In this document: piece after piece, positions 62,013 through 64,000 of the stretch | Layout: each line of letters begins with the position of its first letter | Numbering within the stretch: the stretch's first letter is position 1 | From: Somniosus microcephalus | Taxonomy: Eukaryota | Direction of reading: 5' to 3' | NCBI GenBank assembly: GCA_052327205.1 | Contig: CM126222.1 | Location: forward strand, 31,992,001 to 32,056,000 | Length of the DNA: 64,000 nucleotides | Position numbers and translations under genes: made by a program | The notes under the pieces: generated by a model | What the model was told of the DNA's origin: nothing | The model's input: the letters and a program-made list of their open reading frames with translations, nothing else | Databases searched by the model: none

Positions 62013-62069
62013 GTAAACCATTTCATAACTTGCTTATTTCTTGTTAGATCTGTGATTCTTTAAATAGGA

Positions 62070-64000
62070 TGTTTCCCCAAGAACTACATGGAGACTGTAA
62101 CTTAACAATCAACAGGTGTTTACTGGAATAGAGTAGTCTCAAGACTGATGTACAGAAGCCTGCTCCGGCTTTATATACAGGTGTGGTCACTGCCGGTACT
62201 ACAGTATACAGGAGCTGTCTCTCTTAAAGGTACATACACAACAATTCCTCCCCTTTTAGATTAACAGTACCCATAACATTCAAATAACAATTAACACTTT
62301 AACATGCACATTAAACAGAAATAGTCCATTTATAAATTCAGTCTTTGGGGCGGCTTCCTGATCCTTTCTGGATAGCGCCTTTCCTGAGGTTCTTGTTCTT
62401 GGTGCGGAGGCGATTCTGGCCCCTTTTTACCGGTTCCCACTGCTACTGTTTCTGAGGTAGATGCTGCCAGTATGTCGGGTTCATTCCCAGGTACGCGAGA
62501 CATGGGGTTGCCTCGTTCCTGTGACGCTAAGATCTGGTCGACGTGGCGTCTCACAATGTTCTCCCCGACATCCACTGTGTACATTAATGGCCCCTGCCGT
62601 GTGCATATTGTTCCGGGTCGCCATTTCTCTGTTCGGTAATCACGGGCCAAGACTGGTTGTCCTACATTGAAGCTCCTTGTCGGCTTCTCATTGATGTGCT
62701 GGAATTGTTTATCCTCGACATTTCTTCGCACATTTGGTCTGAGCAAATCCAGGCGAGATCTCAACCTTCAGTTAAAGAACATCATGGCCGGGGTCTGGTT
62801 GGTGATTGTATGTGTCGCATTTCGGTAGGCTAACAGGAAATTGTCCACCTTATGCTGCAGTGGAATGTCGTCATCTCACATGGCCCTTACTGCTTTTTTA
62901 AAGGTTTGTACAAACCTCTCAGCCAATCCATTGGTGGCGGGATGATACGGAGCGGAGGTGTAATGCCTTACCCCATTTCTTTTCATGAATCTTCGAAACT
63001 CTTCTGACACAAACTGTGGTCCGTTATCAGAGCAAATCTGCTCTGGCAAGCCGTTCCTGGCAAAGATGGTCCGTAGGACTGCAATAGTTTTCTCCGTGGT
63101 GGTGGAGGACATTTGGATCACCTCAGGCCATTTCGAGTGCGCATCCACAGCTATTAAAAACATTGAGTCCATGAATGGACCAGCAAAGTCAATATGCACC
63201 CGTTGCCATGGAGAGGAGGGCCACTCCCAAGGGTGTAGAGGGGCATGTGGTGGTGCATTTTGGACCTTCTGGCATCCTGAGCAGCTCTTAGTTAGGTCCT
63301 CGATTTGTTGATCAATCCCCGGCCACCACACATAAGCCCTAGCAAGGCTTTTCATTTTCACCCCTCCCAGATGACCTTCGTGAAGCTCATTTAGCACTCT
63401 CTCCCTTAACTTGGGTGGAATTACCACTCCGGATCCACACATCACTGTCCCCTGGCATACTGACAGCTGTTCTCTTCTGGATGAGAATACTGGCAACAGT
63501 GGGTCACCATGTGTTGGCCATCCCCTCACCGGCAAATCATATACCCGAGACAGTGTCGGATCATTGCGGGTCTCCTTCTCTATATCCGCGTTAGTTACTG
63601 GCAATCATTCAATTATTGATGAATAAAATATCTCGATAGGGTCCACTGCTGGTGCTTCCTCCACAGTAGGCAGTGGCAAGCGTGATGGTCCATCAGCATT
63701 TCCGTGCTGTTTCGTGCCTTTATATTCTATTTCATATTGGTTCGCCCCTAGAAAAAGGGACCATCTTTGTAACCATTGTGCAGTCATTACCGGCACGCCC
63801 TTCTTTGGATTAAAGATGGAGACAAGTGGTTGGTGGTCAGTCAGCAAGGTGAACTTCTGTCCATGCAGATAGTGGTTGAATTTTTATACTCCCCATACTA
63901 GGCTGAGGGCCTCCCTGTCAATCTGGGCGTAGTTGCGCTCGGCTGAGGTTAGTGACCGAGAGGCAAAGGCTACTGGCCTCTCCAACCCGTCCGGGAATTT
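62070..64000 (-). mobile_element. Second Mag-like gypsy element, 3' LTR (~62070-62243) and RNase H/integrase with in-frame stops; continues beyond window
   Basis: Integrase peptide highly similar to 52821-54500; same PPT and LTR end catacacaaca; LTR left edge inferred from a TG only. Confidence 0.88.

Overview
Eukaryotic (vertebrate) genomic DNA, almost certainly from a cartilaginous fish judging by its repeat families (DeuSINE/SacSINE1-like SINEs, HER1-like CR1, shark-type Penelope ends). The window lies inside a + strand axonemal dynein heavy chain gene (best match DNAH9, stalk/microtubule-binding/AAA5 region): five consecutive GT-AG exons at 14734-14994, 18164-18589, 19374-19493, 36356-36544 and 61777-62012 splice into one open frame. 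The introns are packed with nested transposons: CR1, L2 and a second CR1-group LINE, DeuSINEs, hAT MITEs, at least seven PIF/Harbinger derivatives (two with Myb and/or transposase remnants), three antisense Ty3/gypsy elements (one with an unbroken 1257-aa gag-pol), a full-length Vingi-like LINE, four Penelope-derived insertions and two minisatellites. Most notable RNA-level signals read from the sequence: an HDV-like ribozyme fold exactly at the Vingi 5' end, minimal hammerhead ribozyme motifs in all four Penelope insertions, and a gypsy element with no tRNA primer site whose PBS position is instead complementary to its own LTR poly(A) signal (candidate self-priming). Family names come from recalled motifs, not database searches.
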